Of a stretch of DNA of 32,000 nt, positions 1-9,970 are shown one piece after another (the first letter of the stretch is position 1; each line of letters starts with the position of its first letter). The notes under the pieces were generated by a model that saw nothing but the letters and a program-made list of their open reading frames with translations, ran no database searches and was not told where the DNA came from. The translations under genes were made by a program, and so were the position numbers. Source of the DNA: Mycobacterium leprae TN (GTDB lineage: Bacteria; Actinomycetota; Actinomycetes; Mycobacteriales; Mycobacteriaceae); contig NC_002677.1 of the NCBI RefSeq assembly GCF_000195855.1, positions 810,001 to 842,000 of the forward strand, given 5' to 3'.

Positions 1-618
1 CCCAGTTCTGCAGCGACCTGCCGAACTCGCTATCTTGACGGTTGGTCATCGGAGACAGAAATGCATTTGCTAGAATAGTTATGGCCCACGTGGATTTCGA
101 CAGCGTCGAAACCGGTGTTGACGGCCAGGCGGGTGGTGTCGGCGTAGGCCACAGCACATCGTGGATATCATCGCGGGTCTTGTGAATGAAGGCCAGCGGG
201 ACACCGCTCAGTGGGTCGGACCATTTATCGGCGATTCGCATCCCGATTGGATTGAAGAACTGCACTGGCACCAGGGCAGTGGCCTTGTTGGAGCCGGCAT
301 CAGTTACCGGACCCGCGTAGCTGATCTGTGTGTTCACCGCCGCGCCCTACGCGTGGATCGCCTGGGTCAGCCGACATAACCCGGTTACTGCCTCCAACAC
401 ATCCAGATCTGATTGCCGTTGGTGTGGCCACCAAGGGAAAGTGCGCAATACGTGACGGTGGTTATGCCCACCCCGCTGGTTGCTGATGATATTTGATCAG
501 GTTATCGGTCACCAGTGCATCTGGCGTGCGCGCCTCGAATGTTGCGGCCTTGATGACAAGGTTACGTAACGTGAACGGATCGAGCTGCGCTCGGCTGAAC
601 ACGTCCGTTGTGTTGGCC
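1..618 (-). pseudogene. Old-yellow-enzyme / NADH:flavin oxidoreductase pseudogene (Rv3359-like), truncated by the left window edge
   Basis: Minus-strand conceptual fragments '[40 protein letters not shown]...', 'GVGITTVTYCALSLGG' and 'NTGFDAVEIHVGHNY' match conserved OYE motifs, but they lie in different frames and no long ORF exists. Confidence 0.8.
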
Positions 619-691
619 ATATCTGGAGCCTAACCGCCTGCAGCGGGTCTTAAGCATACTGACGCCGGTAGGCTATGTCAGACTGTCAGAC

Positions 692-1540
692 GTGGGTGCA
701 ATCACGCTGGACGGCAAGGCCACCCGAGACGAGATCCTGATCGACCTCAAGCAACGCGTGGCCGCATTAACCGAATCCGGTCGCACGCCCGGACTGGGTA
801 CCATCCTGGTCGGTGACGACCCCGGATCACATGCCTATGTTCGTGGCAAGCACGCCGACTGTGCGAAGGTGGGCATCACATCGATTCGCCGCGACTTGCC
901 CGTCGACATCACAACGGCCGTGCTGCATGACACCATCGAGGAACTGAATGCCAACCCCGACTGCACCGGCTATATCGTGCAGTTGCCGTTACCCAAGTAC
1001 CTGGACGAGAACACGGCGCTGGAGCGTGTCGACCCGGCCAAGGATGCCGACGGCCTGCACCCGACGAACCTCGGCCGGCTAGTGCTGTCCACCCCGGCGC
1101 CGCTGCCGTGTACCGCGCGTGGCATTTTGCACCTGCTACGGCGTTACGGCGTCGAGATCGCCGGAACACACGTCGTCATCATCGGGCGCGGTGTTACGGT
1201 TGGTCGCCCGTTGGGGCTGCTGCTGACACGCCGTTCCGAGAACGCCACGGTGACTTTGTGCCACACAGGAACGCGCAATCTGGCAGCGCTAACCAAGCAG
1301 GCTGACATCATTGTAGCCGCCGTCGGTGTTCCACATCTGCTGACCGCGGATATGGTGCGTCCCGGAGCTGTGGTGGTCGACGTCGGTGTCAGCCGGGTCG
1401 AGACTAGGCTCGTCGGCGACGTGCATCCGGATGTCTGGGAAGTCGCCGGTCACGTCTCACCGAATCCTGGTGGCGTTGGTCCGCTTACCCGGGTGTTTCT
1501 GCTGACCAACGTTGTCGAATTGGCCGAGGGACGGCAGTAA
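692..1540 (+). CDS. folD: Bifunctional methylenetetrahydrofolate dehydrogenase / methenyltetrahydrofolate cyclohydrolase FolD
   Basis: ORF 608..1540. The likely GTG start at 692 gives [15 protein letters not shown]... (282 aa). FolD motifs are present: [38 protein letters not shown]. Confidence 0.97.
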   Translation: MGAITLDGKATRDEILIDLKQRVAALTESGRTPGLGTILVGDDPGSHAYVRGKHADCAKVGITSIRRDLPVDITTAVLHDTIEELNANPDCTGYIVQLPLPKYLDENTALERVDPAKDADGLHPTNLGRLVLSTPAPLPCTARGILHLLRRYGVEIAGTHVVIIGRGVTVGRPLGLLLTRRSENATVTLCHTGTRNLAALTKQADIIVAAVGVPHLLTADMVRPGAVVVDVGVSRVETRLVGDVHPDVWEVAGHVSPNPGGVGPLTRVFLLTNVVELAEGRQ

Positions 1541-1542
1541 AC

Positions 1543-1818
1543 GTGCGTGCAGCGTTGCGGTCGCAATGGCCGATTCTGCTGGTTGGGATGATCTTCGCTG
1601 GAGCGTTCGTGCTGGTGGGGGCAAATTTTTGGCGTCGTGGTGCGCTACTAATCGGTATCGGTGTCGGGGTAGCAACAGTGCTGCGACTGGTGTTATCCGA
1701 TGAGCGGGCTGGCCTGTTGATGGTGCGCGGCAAGGTCATCGACTTGGTTACAACGGCGTTAGTCGGTATGGCGATGGTCTACATCGCGTCGACCATCGAC
1801 CCGCTAGGCACCGGCTAG
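1543..1818 (+). CDS. Small membrane protein, DUF3017 family (Rv3355c-like)
   Basis: 91-aa ORF directly after folD with three predicted hydrophobic segments. Conserved placement after folD in mycobacteria. The exact start is uncertain. Confidence 0.85.
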   Translation: MRAALRSQWPILLVGMIFAGAFVLVGANFWRRGALLIGIGVGVATVLRLVLSDERAGLLMVRGKVIDLVTTALVGMAMVYIASTIDPLGTG

Positions 1819-2234
1819 ATTCCCGGTATACCCGGGCCTGGTGGCAGACTGGGTAGGTTGCCGCTGGCTACGTTGGCCATCATCGTGGGGCAGTATATCG
1901 AAATTGCGATCTTGGCGAAGGTTTCGGCCATCTGTGGGGACATGTCGCTGTTTCCCCGAATGCGCTGTACGGCAGCGGCGAAATTGCCTCCCGATTTGGC
2001 GAGTATTGGGCAGACGTAATGGCCCATTGTCATCGCGCTTCTTGGTTCGCCAAAGTTGACGCCGGCGTGATTCAGTGCTTTGATGAAGGTATCGTCGATC
2101 GCATCTGCCTCAGCTGGTACTTCAAACGCTGTTGCCGCGGTGAAGAGGGCAGCGGTCGCCACCAGCAGCCGAATGGTCAATGGCTGACAGCGAAATAGCC
2201 AAATCCAGTGGTCAATTCTCGCCAGCGAGTTCAT
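1815..2234 (-). CDS. Secreted DUF732-like protein (Rv3354-like)
   Basis: ORF 1815..2321. The internal ATG at 2234 gives an N-terminal hydrophobic signal region followed by ADAIDDTFIKALNHAGVNF...VCPILAKSGG...IYCPTMMANVASGNLP, typical of DUF732 proteins with paired Cys. Confidence 0.75.
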   Translation of the reverse strand: MNSLARIDHWIWLFRCQPLTIRLLVATAALFTAATAFEVPAEADAIDDTFIKALNHAGVNFGEPRSAMTMGHYVCPILAKSGGNFAAAVQRIRGNSDMSPQMAETFAKIAISIYCPTMMANVASGNLPSLPPGPGIPGI

Positions 2235-2492
2235 GACAGCCCCCAGTCTTTGGAGTGCCTTTAGGGCACTCAACATCAACCTTAGGAACATTGATCTATA
2301 GCAGTCACATTTGCAGCACATGGAGATAAAGTTTTGCGCACTATACTCACTGTCCCGCAGTGAGCTAGGGGTATCGGTTAGTAGATCGCGAGCGGTGCAG
2401 TGTGTTTAAGGCGGATCGAAGCCGCACGGTGATCTGGACACGTGCCACGACAACGGTTTTCTTATGTGTGCGTTGGCTAAGAGTCCGGCCCA

Positions 2493-3245
2493 TGACGACG
2501 AGTCGGGTCCGTGCGCTGAATCTGGAATGTCACGGCAGGCGTTTCTTCGCGGCGCCGTCGGCGTATTGACGACTGGAGCTGTGTTTGGCACTGCGCGAGT
2601 TATGGAGGACCCGGCTGTCGGTTAGGGTCCTTTAGTCCCTCTATCGGAGGCATACTTCTGCTTTCAACCAGCGGCACTGCGTTTACCCTGGGCAAGCAAG
2701 TTTTGAATGAATATAACAAAGGCTCTAATCCAGCGGCCGTTGTCAGGGTCTCATTGCAGACGGATGTCCAGAAGGCGGTTGCGTCCGCGACGGCGAACAA
2801 GCTCAAGATCGCCCCGAGTGGTGGTGGGCATTTGTATACTGGGGCGTCGACCGCCTCGGGTATCAGGGTGCTTTACCTGCGCGGGCTGCCCGCTGCGGCG
2901 AACTTTGATAGCGGCAGCGGCAATGTCCCGGTAACATGGATACTACATCTGTATGTGGTTCCACCAGGCGCTGGCCGGGTTGGCGTGCGTCATGCGATCA
3001 GACATTCAGCTAGGTTGCAGTCCAGCGCAATTCAGCGCAAGACACTTAGCCTACGGACCTTGTGGTGTATTAACCAGTGGTAGCTCGAGGCTATCTTTTC
3101 GCGGTTTTGTTGCTGGTTCGGATGTGATCACCGCGGTGAGTAGCAGTGCGGACCGTTCCATCGCCACCGTGCTTGGGCGGTGGCCTGTGGCGGCCGGGTC
3201 GGCGTCGGTGCTCGTCGACTTGCTGGGCGGTGCAGTCGCCTGATG
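2493..3245 (+). pseudogene. FAD-linked (BBE-type) oxidoreductase pseudogene (Rv3352c/Rv3353c-like)
   Basis: A Tat-like leader fragment 'SRQAFLRGAVGVLTTGAVFG' is followed in another frame by 'VQKAVASATANKLKIAPSGGGHLYTGASTASGIRVLYLRGLP', an FAD_binding_4 motif. Reading frames are interrupted. Boundaries are approximate. Confidence 0.7.
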
Positions 3246-3439
3246 TGGCACTGGAAGATTCAGTTTTCCCCTGACGTCGGTGGGTCCACTGTACTGCAGT
3301 GATACGACCAGTACAACAGTGGCAAGGCGCCCGTGGTTAAGCAATTGCTTAATGCATGCACACCTTGCGGTGCAACCTTTTCGGTGTTGGGTTTTTAGTT
3401 ACTAAGTGAAGTCAAGTGACTCTGGTGGATCTTATGCTG

Positions 3440-4560
3440 GGGTGACGGTTTGGTGAATTGAAGTGCTTGGCGACTTCTGTTGTTCCCGGTCCGTCCTACC
3501 TTTCTGGCACCGTGAGTGGCGCTTGGCGGTGGCGTTGATTCGGGTCTTCTTGTCGACAGTGTAGTGCATGCGGACGATGCGGAAGATGTTGTGTTGGTCG
3601 GTGCGCCAGCATGTTGCTATGCGGATGAACAGGATGATGGCGATTTGGCAGATAGCCGAGTCGTGGTGGCGCTCGGTGGTTATGAGTAGCTTGTATTTTC
3701 CCGCCAGTTGCTGTTCGGTCTTGCGAGTTTGATCGGCGGCGGTGAAGAGAGTTTCCTGTAGCAAGGGGTCACCGACATTGGTGAGCTCGTGTTGATGTTC
3801 GGCTTGTCCGGACTGGCTTAAGTTTGGGGATAAGGCCCAGATAGCGGCCAAGGAGTGAAACCGGTATGGGCCGGCGATGACAGCGTAGGTGACAGGTCTG
3901 ACGCCGGGGGTGGATGCGATGATTTCCGGCCGGGTTGGTCTCGGAGTAGAAATTGGCACAGTTTTCGGCGAAATCCTCGTTATGCTCGGCGAGCATCTGG
4001 GCTTGTTCAGTCTCGGCGGTGATGTCGACGGTCAGTTTGGCTAAGTCGATCCGGATTTCAGCACCAGATCCCCACAACTGCAGTGGTTCTTGAGCGGAAG
4101 TCAGCAGAATGGTGGCGTGATGTTCGTGCCAGGCGTCCCGGGGAGTGACGGACCAAAAACGGGTCAGACTGGGGCCGCATGCCCGAGACAGGATCAGGCT
4201 GTGGGGGTCGGGTAGCGGGCCAGCAGCGCCAGTGTGGCCTTACTATAGCTGGATCCCAGCGGCGTCGTACCAGCCCTGGCCCGAGCAGCTCGAACTGGGC
4301 GTCGAGGCGTTGGAGGACGGCGTTACGGCGCTTGACGATCGAGGTGCGGGTCTTGACCATCCGTCGCAGTAGTTCGGCGGGGCCCTTCACCGGTGTGTTC
4401 GGTCAATCCCTTTGACTGTAGTAGCGGTAGTTGGGCCTCCAGCTTGGAGTCCAGGTGGTCTTTTGGTGTATTTGGAGTACTAGGTGCGCAGATATGCTGA
4501 CTGGGTGGTTGGCACTATTGAGATACGGGAACGTCGCGGTGGCGAAACCATGATGCGATC
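3440..4560 (-). pseudogene. IS110-family transposase pseudogene (degraded insertion sequence)
   Basis: Minus-strand fragments 'AELLRRMVKTRTSIVKRRNAVLQRLDAQFELLGPG', 'IRIDLAKLTVDITAETEQAQMLAEHNEDFAENCANFY', 'STPGVRPVTYAVIAGPYRFHSLAAIWALSPNLSQSGQAEHQHELTNVGDPLLQETLFTAADQTRKTEQQLAGKY' resemble IS110/IS116/IS902 transposases. They are frameshifted and contain stops. Confidence 0.75.
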
Positions 4561-5013
4561 TGGGTATATGCGTTGCGGGGTGGTGCCATCACCACCCGCA
4601 AGGTGTCTTTTTGCTCACCGCAGCCTGATCTGCGTTCAGAGCTTTTCAAATTCAGCGGGCTGGGTGAAGGTACTTGCGTCCGGTTCACGCAATCGTCTCA
4701 TCAGGGCGAACAAGCGATGTTTGGTGCGCAGCCCAGCAGGCCATGTCGATACCCAATATCAGCTTTAAAAACATTCCTTTCGTCGGGGTCCAGGAAGTTC
4801 GATTTTCGACAAGAATAGCCCAGATGAGATACCAGCCGGTTCAGACCGTGTCCGAGGACGACCACTTAAAAACCCGGAATCACCATTGTGTTCCAGTAGG
4901 TAGACTGGGCCGTCTGTGGGCACTCACCAAACCTAAAATGTCAGTGGGTTGGTCTAGTTTGAGTATATGGCGTTGTGGCGGGGTCGTTGATCGGGAGAGG
5001 ATCACGGTGGCTT

Positions 5014-6290
5014 TTGATGCTGCTGTCGGTGGTGTGGCCGCGCTGGCATTCGGTGTGTTGATCAGCCCAGAATGGTTGGCCTTGTTGGAGCGTTGTGAGC
5101 GAGTGTGCCTTCGTTTTCCACTAGTGTATCATAATTGATCAATTCCTTTGCCCGCCAAGCTACCCCAGAATAAGTCGGCGGAAAATCTCCCACACGCTTG
5201 CCGAGTGGACGCTGATCAGCCGCACTGAAAGCATCCTTACGCATCCGCGATACCGCCGGCCTCAGTGAACGGTGTGCGCTCACCGGCGCTCCCGCCACCA
5301 CAGTTGGCCGCCGCCAAAGCTCAACGCGCTGGACGACTCGGCACCGGCCAGGTCATGGTGACCAGCCGTTTTGTCACCAGCTATCTGGCTGGGTCGATAC
5401 GGTGACCCGCGAGCACGCCGAAGCCGATTTGGCTAAGAAGAGAACTCAGTTTCGGCCCTAGCAGCTGGCTAGATTTGCTGACACACTCGCCGACTGTCTC
5501 AACTCCTATGTTACCTAGTGTAGCGCGTACAGCGATGAGGATTAGTCCCGCCGGCGTGGGCTGACCTGGGGCAAGCAAGAGCCGACGGCATGTCTGTGCT
5601 GCGTGATCAGCCCTGATCTGTGCGCCATTGTAAAAGCTAGTGTTGGCCAAACTGGCTTCCCCGGAATGTGTAATCTCACCAATGACATCGTGCGTGTGGA
5701 CGGCGTTCCCAGCCAAGACGTGATAGAGCGCTACACTCGTAGCCCTGGACAGTGCAATAATGACGGGTTCAAGGTAGCATTGTGTGCTCTGCCGGAGTCC
5801 GGTAAGCCGTTCCAGCACAACGAATTATCGGCTTCCATCATCGTCAACACGACGCTGAATGAATTGGAAGTCGCCCCCGGCAAGGTCCTCAGTGGTTGGG
5901 GCGCCATATTGCTGATGTTCGACGTGATCCAGCTGTCCGCCACGTCCGGCATTATCTGGAGATTTTCGATAAGCGCAACGCTCTGGTCCTGTATCCCACG
6001 AAGCTGGTGTCTTCGCCGGTACAGCGAATTATTTTGTAAGACAAGGGTAGTAACCGATAGATTTCGGGATGCACAGTGTTTGGCTACTAATGCGAGGTGC
6101 ATCATGCAACCAACTATGCCAGATTCCGCACCATCGAGGTCAAGAACTTAACCTTTGGCTGCGGCTCCACACCGTCTAACTCAAAAACAGTGGATGGATC
6201 ATCCGAAAACGCGCTAGTGGTGACACGAAGTGGATGCCATGGTCTCATCTTCACCGAGGCTAATTCAGAACTAACTACCTTCTTAAATAA
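5014..6290 (+). pseudogene. 13E12-repeat family DUF222 / HNH endonuclease-like pseudogene
   Basis: Fragments in order: 'VAFDAAVGGVAALAFGVLISPEWLALLERCERVCLRFPLV..LINQ', 'IRDTAGLSERCALTGAP', 'QLARFADTLADCLN', 'GMCNLTNDIVRVDGVPSQDVIERYTRSPGQCNNDGFKVALCALPESGKPFQHNELSASIIVNTTLNELEVAPGKVLSGWG', 'VKNLTFGCG'. This matches the known order of 13E12 family proteins, with many frameshifts. Confidence 0.85.
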
Positions 6291-6394
6291 CGAAATTCCT
6301 ATGCGCAGGTGACAGTGACGAAGACAACGAGGGGAGTTAGCCTGCGCTAGGTGGCTAATGTCGCTCGAATACACACGGTTACATAGGGAAGTGC

Positions 6395-7100
6395 CAGTAC
6401 AGCCGAGTGCGTCAACGCTGGGATAGGTGGCCAGCAGCTCACGTACCTGGTCGAGATGCACTAGCTATGAGACGCCACTAGATTGATCAATGCCTGCGGA
6501 GCAAGGTAGCTTGTCCATTTGACTTGATAGCACTCCATATCGGTGAACGGTGCCGGCAGGGTCACTTCGTTGCAGACCGGGTCGCCGTCGTGTCCGATGG
6601 TTTGACTTAGCTCACTCACCCAGAGTAGTCGCCCGTCGCGGGCATGCCATACCACGCCCAGTTGGCCGCTCGGCCGGAGCACCCGGGCCACCTCGGGAAT
6701 GGCTCGTGTGGGATCGCCCTAGTCCTGTACCTGGGCGACCAGAACGACGTCAGCAGCGTTGCTCCCAAAAGAATCTCTTACGCAGTTCCTAGCTGTGCAC
6801 GAGTGTCTGGCAGCGAGGTGCGCAGCACTTCCAGCATCTCGGGAATCGGTTCGACAGCCACGACGTCCAAGCTGTGTTCGACCAGACGAGTGGTCAGTTT
6901 GCCGGTGTCTGCACCCAGGTCGGGAACCTTGCACGCTCCTGTCGGCACAGCCAGTCGATCGTTTCGGGTGGGTAAGATGGGTGTCTTCGCTTAATATCAT
7001 AGGCAACAGCCGCGGAGCCGAACGACAGGGAGCGGTCGTGGCTAGGTTGCGTAAGTGTGACTTGTTGCGTCCTGTTACCCCGTTGCTGGAAATCATCACT
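6395..7100 (-). pseudogene. SAM-dependent methyltransferase pseudogene (Rv3342-like)
   Basis: Fragments 'RSLSFGSAAVAYD..RRHPSYPPETIDWL', 'VVLVAQVQD', 'MARVLRPSGQLGVVWHARDGRLLWVSELSQTIGHDGDPVCNEVTLPAPFTDMECYQVKWTSYLAPQALINLVASHSY' and 'DQVRELLATYP' on the minus strand, split across frames. Confidence 0.85.
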
Positions 7101-7108
7101 AGCGCGGG

Positions 7109-8257
7109 TCATTGCGAACACGCGTCTTCCTTGGAACCCACGTCGGCCAATTCGAGGGTTTGACGGATCAATTTGCCGACGGCCTCGGATTCCACCAGGA
7201 AGCCGTCGTGCCCGTAGGTGGAGTCTACAACCTGCAGCCCGGTGCAGCCCGGCAGCATCTCGGCCAGCTCCTGCTGCAAGCGCAGTGGGTAGAGCCGATC
7301 CGAGGTAATGCCACCCACCACCACCGGTACCGGGCACCCGCGCAGCGCTGTACCGATCCCTCCGCGGCCCCGGCCAACGTCGTGGCTGTTCAGCGTTTCG
7401 GTCAAGACCACGTAGCTGCCTGCGTCAAAGCGGGCCAATAGCTTGTCACCCTGGTGCTCTAGGTAACTCTGCACTGCGTAACGCCCGCCCGTCGCCGGGT
7501 CCTCATTGCCTTGGTTGTTGTTGGCAAACCGGGTGTCGAGCTCGACCTCGCTGCGGTAGGTCAGGTGGGCGAAGCGGCGGGCAATTGTCAAGCCGTTCTC
7601 TGGTGCCCTCCCTGTCTCGTAGTAGTCACCGCCTTGCCAGTTCGGGTCTGTCTTGATGGCTGCGATTTGGGTGGTTTGGGTGCCGATCTGGTCGGCGGTG
7701 GCGCGCACACCGACCGCCAGCAACAGCCCGGCCCGGACTTGGTCCGGGTGGCCGATGATCCATTCCAGTGCACGCGCCCCGCCCATAGATCCTCCAACGA
7801 CGGCGGCAACCTTTGTAATTCCCATGGCGGCCAGTGCAGCGATATCTGCCTCTACCTGGTCGCGTATAGATATCAGCGGAAATCTTGAACCCCAAGGCTT
7901 TCCGTCGCGGGCAAGCGAACTAGGGCCGGTGGAGCCACGGCAACCGCCCAGCACGTTGGTGGCTATCGCGCACCAGCGGTTGGTGTCGATTGGTGCACCC
8001 GGTCCAGCTATCCAGTCCCACCAGCCGGGTGTGGGATGTCCCGGTCCGGCGGGCCCGGTGATGTGCGAGTCACCGGTGAGTGCATGCAGTACCATCACTA
8101 CGTTGTCTCGCGTGGGCGACAATTCCCCCCAGCGCTGAACGGCGATGCAGACATCGTCGATGACGGCACCGCTTTCGGTGGTAAGTGAGCCGATGTCGAC
8201 CAAGCCGACCTCGCCTTCGGCCGGCAGCTTCTGGGTAGGGACCTTGGAGATTGTCAT
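7109..8257 (-). CDS. metX: Homoserine O-acetyltransferase MetX (annotated metA in some mycobacteria)
   Basis: ORF 7109..8272; start [15 protein letters not shown] at 8257 gives 382 aa. Motifs: [26 protein letters not shown] (nucleophile elbow), [12 protein letters not shown]. Confidence 0.97.
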
Positions 8258-8268
8258 GTCAGGAGCCC

Positions 8269-9545
8269 TCAAAAGGCTGCTATAGCCTGCGGATCATTGC
8301 TTTGGCAAGTCGTCGTGAAGCCGAACATCAGGTCGGTCAGGATGTCGTCGATGTTTTCGAGGCTTACGGCGATCCTCACCAAGCCCAGGCTGACGTCGGT
8401 GGACAGTTGCTCTTCCGGTGTCAGCTGGTCGGGGGTGGTTGAAGCCGGATGAATCACCAGCGAGCGCACGTCGCCGATGTAGACGACGTGACTGTGCAGT
8501 TTCAGCGCGTTCACAAACGTCTTGCCAGACTCTGTGCAACCGGCCAGCTCGAACGACAGAATAGCTCCGGTTCCTTTGGCGCCAGCTTTTTTGCCCGTTC
8601 ATGCCATGGCGAACTGGGCAGTCCCGCATAGTTCACGAACACCACGCCTTGGTTGTTGTTTCGGTGGTAAGCCAAAAACTTGACGATCCGCTGCACATTC
8701 ACGACGTGCCATTTCACCCGCAGACTCAGCGTCTCGAGACCTTCGGCCACCAAGAATGCGTTGATAAGGTGAAAAGCCACGGATTTGTAGTAACGCAACA
8801 ACTGTATGCGCACCTTGAGTGTATACGCCAGTGTCCTGAGCTCAGGATACACCACCCTATGGTAATTGGGATCGGGTGTGATGAATTTGGGGAAATGGTC
8901 TTGTGTCCAACCCAAGGTACCGCTGTCGACTATCACTCTGGCGATCGCGGCGCCAGGCCCATTTAAGATATTTGGTCGCCGAGTGCATCACGATGTTTGT
9001 GCCCTGGGGTGAATAGCTGGATGAGATAGGGCGTCACGATGGTGTTGTCGACGGTCAGCGATAGCCCCGTTGGCGTGAGGGATCTCGACGACATCGGGAG
9101 TATCCAGCAGGTCGATCTGCGGGTTGGAGATGATCTTGCCAAAGAACGCTTTCGCGTTCGGTTAGACCGCTGCCTATCACGAATCCAGATGGTCGGGATC
9201 CTCTACGCAGAGGACCTAGATTCTGATCTTGGCCAGCGATATAGTGGAGCAAATTACAGGTTTCGCTGTAGAGCCGTGGGCTGGACACGATGTGATCTCC
9301 GACTCCGGCCAGTTCAAGGTGGCGAATGTTTCTGTGGCCTGCCCGGATGCAAGGAACAGTGTGGCCACGCCGCCCTCGAGCGCGGCGGCATGTGCGGTGT
9401 CGGTGAACGTGTAGGAGGTGGTTTGTTGGCTTGGCAGCGCACGGGCGTTGGTGGCCGAGCCGGGGCTCTGCCTAACATCAATCTGTTTAGTTGCGAATGC
9501 CCAATGCGGATCGACTCGGCTCGGGGGCTGTTTTTCAGAGCTCAC
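8269..9545 (-). pseudogene. metY: O-acetylhomoserine sulfhydrylase pseudogene
   Basis: N-terminal piece 'DPHWAFATKQIDVRQ...TTNARALPSQQTTSYTFTDTAHAAA' is joined directly to 'LEGGVATLFLASGQATETFA'. Central piece 'LAYTLKVRIQLLRYYKSVAFHLINAFLVAEGLETLSLRVKWHVVNVQRI'. C-terminal piece 'NALKLHSHVVYIGDVRSLVIHPASTTPDQLTPEEQL...'. These lie in different frames with an internal deletion. It sits immediately upstream of metX. Confidence 0.92.
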
Positions 9546-9602
9546 TTGGGCTGCCTTCTGCTCGGAAGTGGGCTAATCGTGTAATTGGGGTACTCAGGCT
9601 AG

Positions 9603-9638
9603 GACGTCATCGCTAATGACGTCAACCAACGCTGGTTG
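9603..9638 (-). promoter_or_regulatory. Two adjacent hairpins between the SAM-IV aptamer and the metY start (candidate expression platform)
   Basis: GACGTCAT-cgcta-ATGACGTC (9603..9623, 8-bp perfect stem) and CAACCA-acgc-TGGTTG (9623..9638, 6-bp stem), sharing one base. Confidence 0.35.
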
Positions 9639-9702
9639 CTAGCAGCGATACACATAGCCGCATATCACGTTTCCCTGTTTGCTAAGAGGGCCCGTCACGG
9701 CG

Positions 9703-9821
9703 GACTCGCGCTTGCCGCGTAGCCGGTTCTGGCTACTCAACCTGGTCATCACCGGGGCACTCCAACGCGGTTGGAGGGTTGCCGGCCAGCAAGTCGGGGC
9801 TTGACGCTGGCGCTCATGACC
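9703..9821 (-). promoter_or_regulatory. SAM-IV riboswitch aptamer upstream of the metY(pseudo)-metX unit
   Basis: Minus strand: GGTCATGAGCGCCAGCGTCAAGCCCCGACTTGCTGGCCGGCAACCCTCCAACCGCGTTGGAGTGCCCCGGTGATGACCAGGTTGAGTAGCCAGAACCGGCTACGCGGCAAGCGCGAGTC (119 nt). Stems visible by eye: GGTCAT/ATGACC, GCCAGC/GCTGGC with CAAG/CTTG, CTCCAAC/GTTGGAG, GTAGCC/GGCTAC. Near-identical to the mycobacterial SAM-IV aptamer as I recall it. Confidence 0.93.
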
Positions 9822-9970
9822 GCGTTGCAGCCTATCGCGTGGCCACCCGACCCGACGTCAACTCTGACAGCTTTAGCTGGCCGTTTAGCGACCCTACTAG
9901 CCCATCAAGGCTGTTAGTGGGGCTTGCTTGACAGGCAATAGTTGACACGGGCGGAGGGTTTTAGACTCTA

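Noticed and set aside
4740-4960. Possible PPE (NxGxxNxG-type) remnant around 'IPNISFKNIPFVGV'
   Set aside because: Too short and not repeated in frame; suggested mostly by the PPE block expected at this position in M. tuberculosis.
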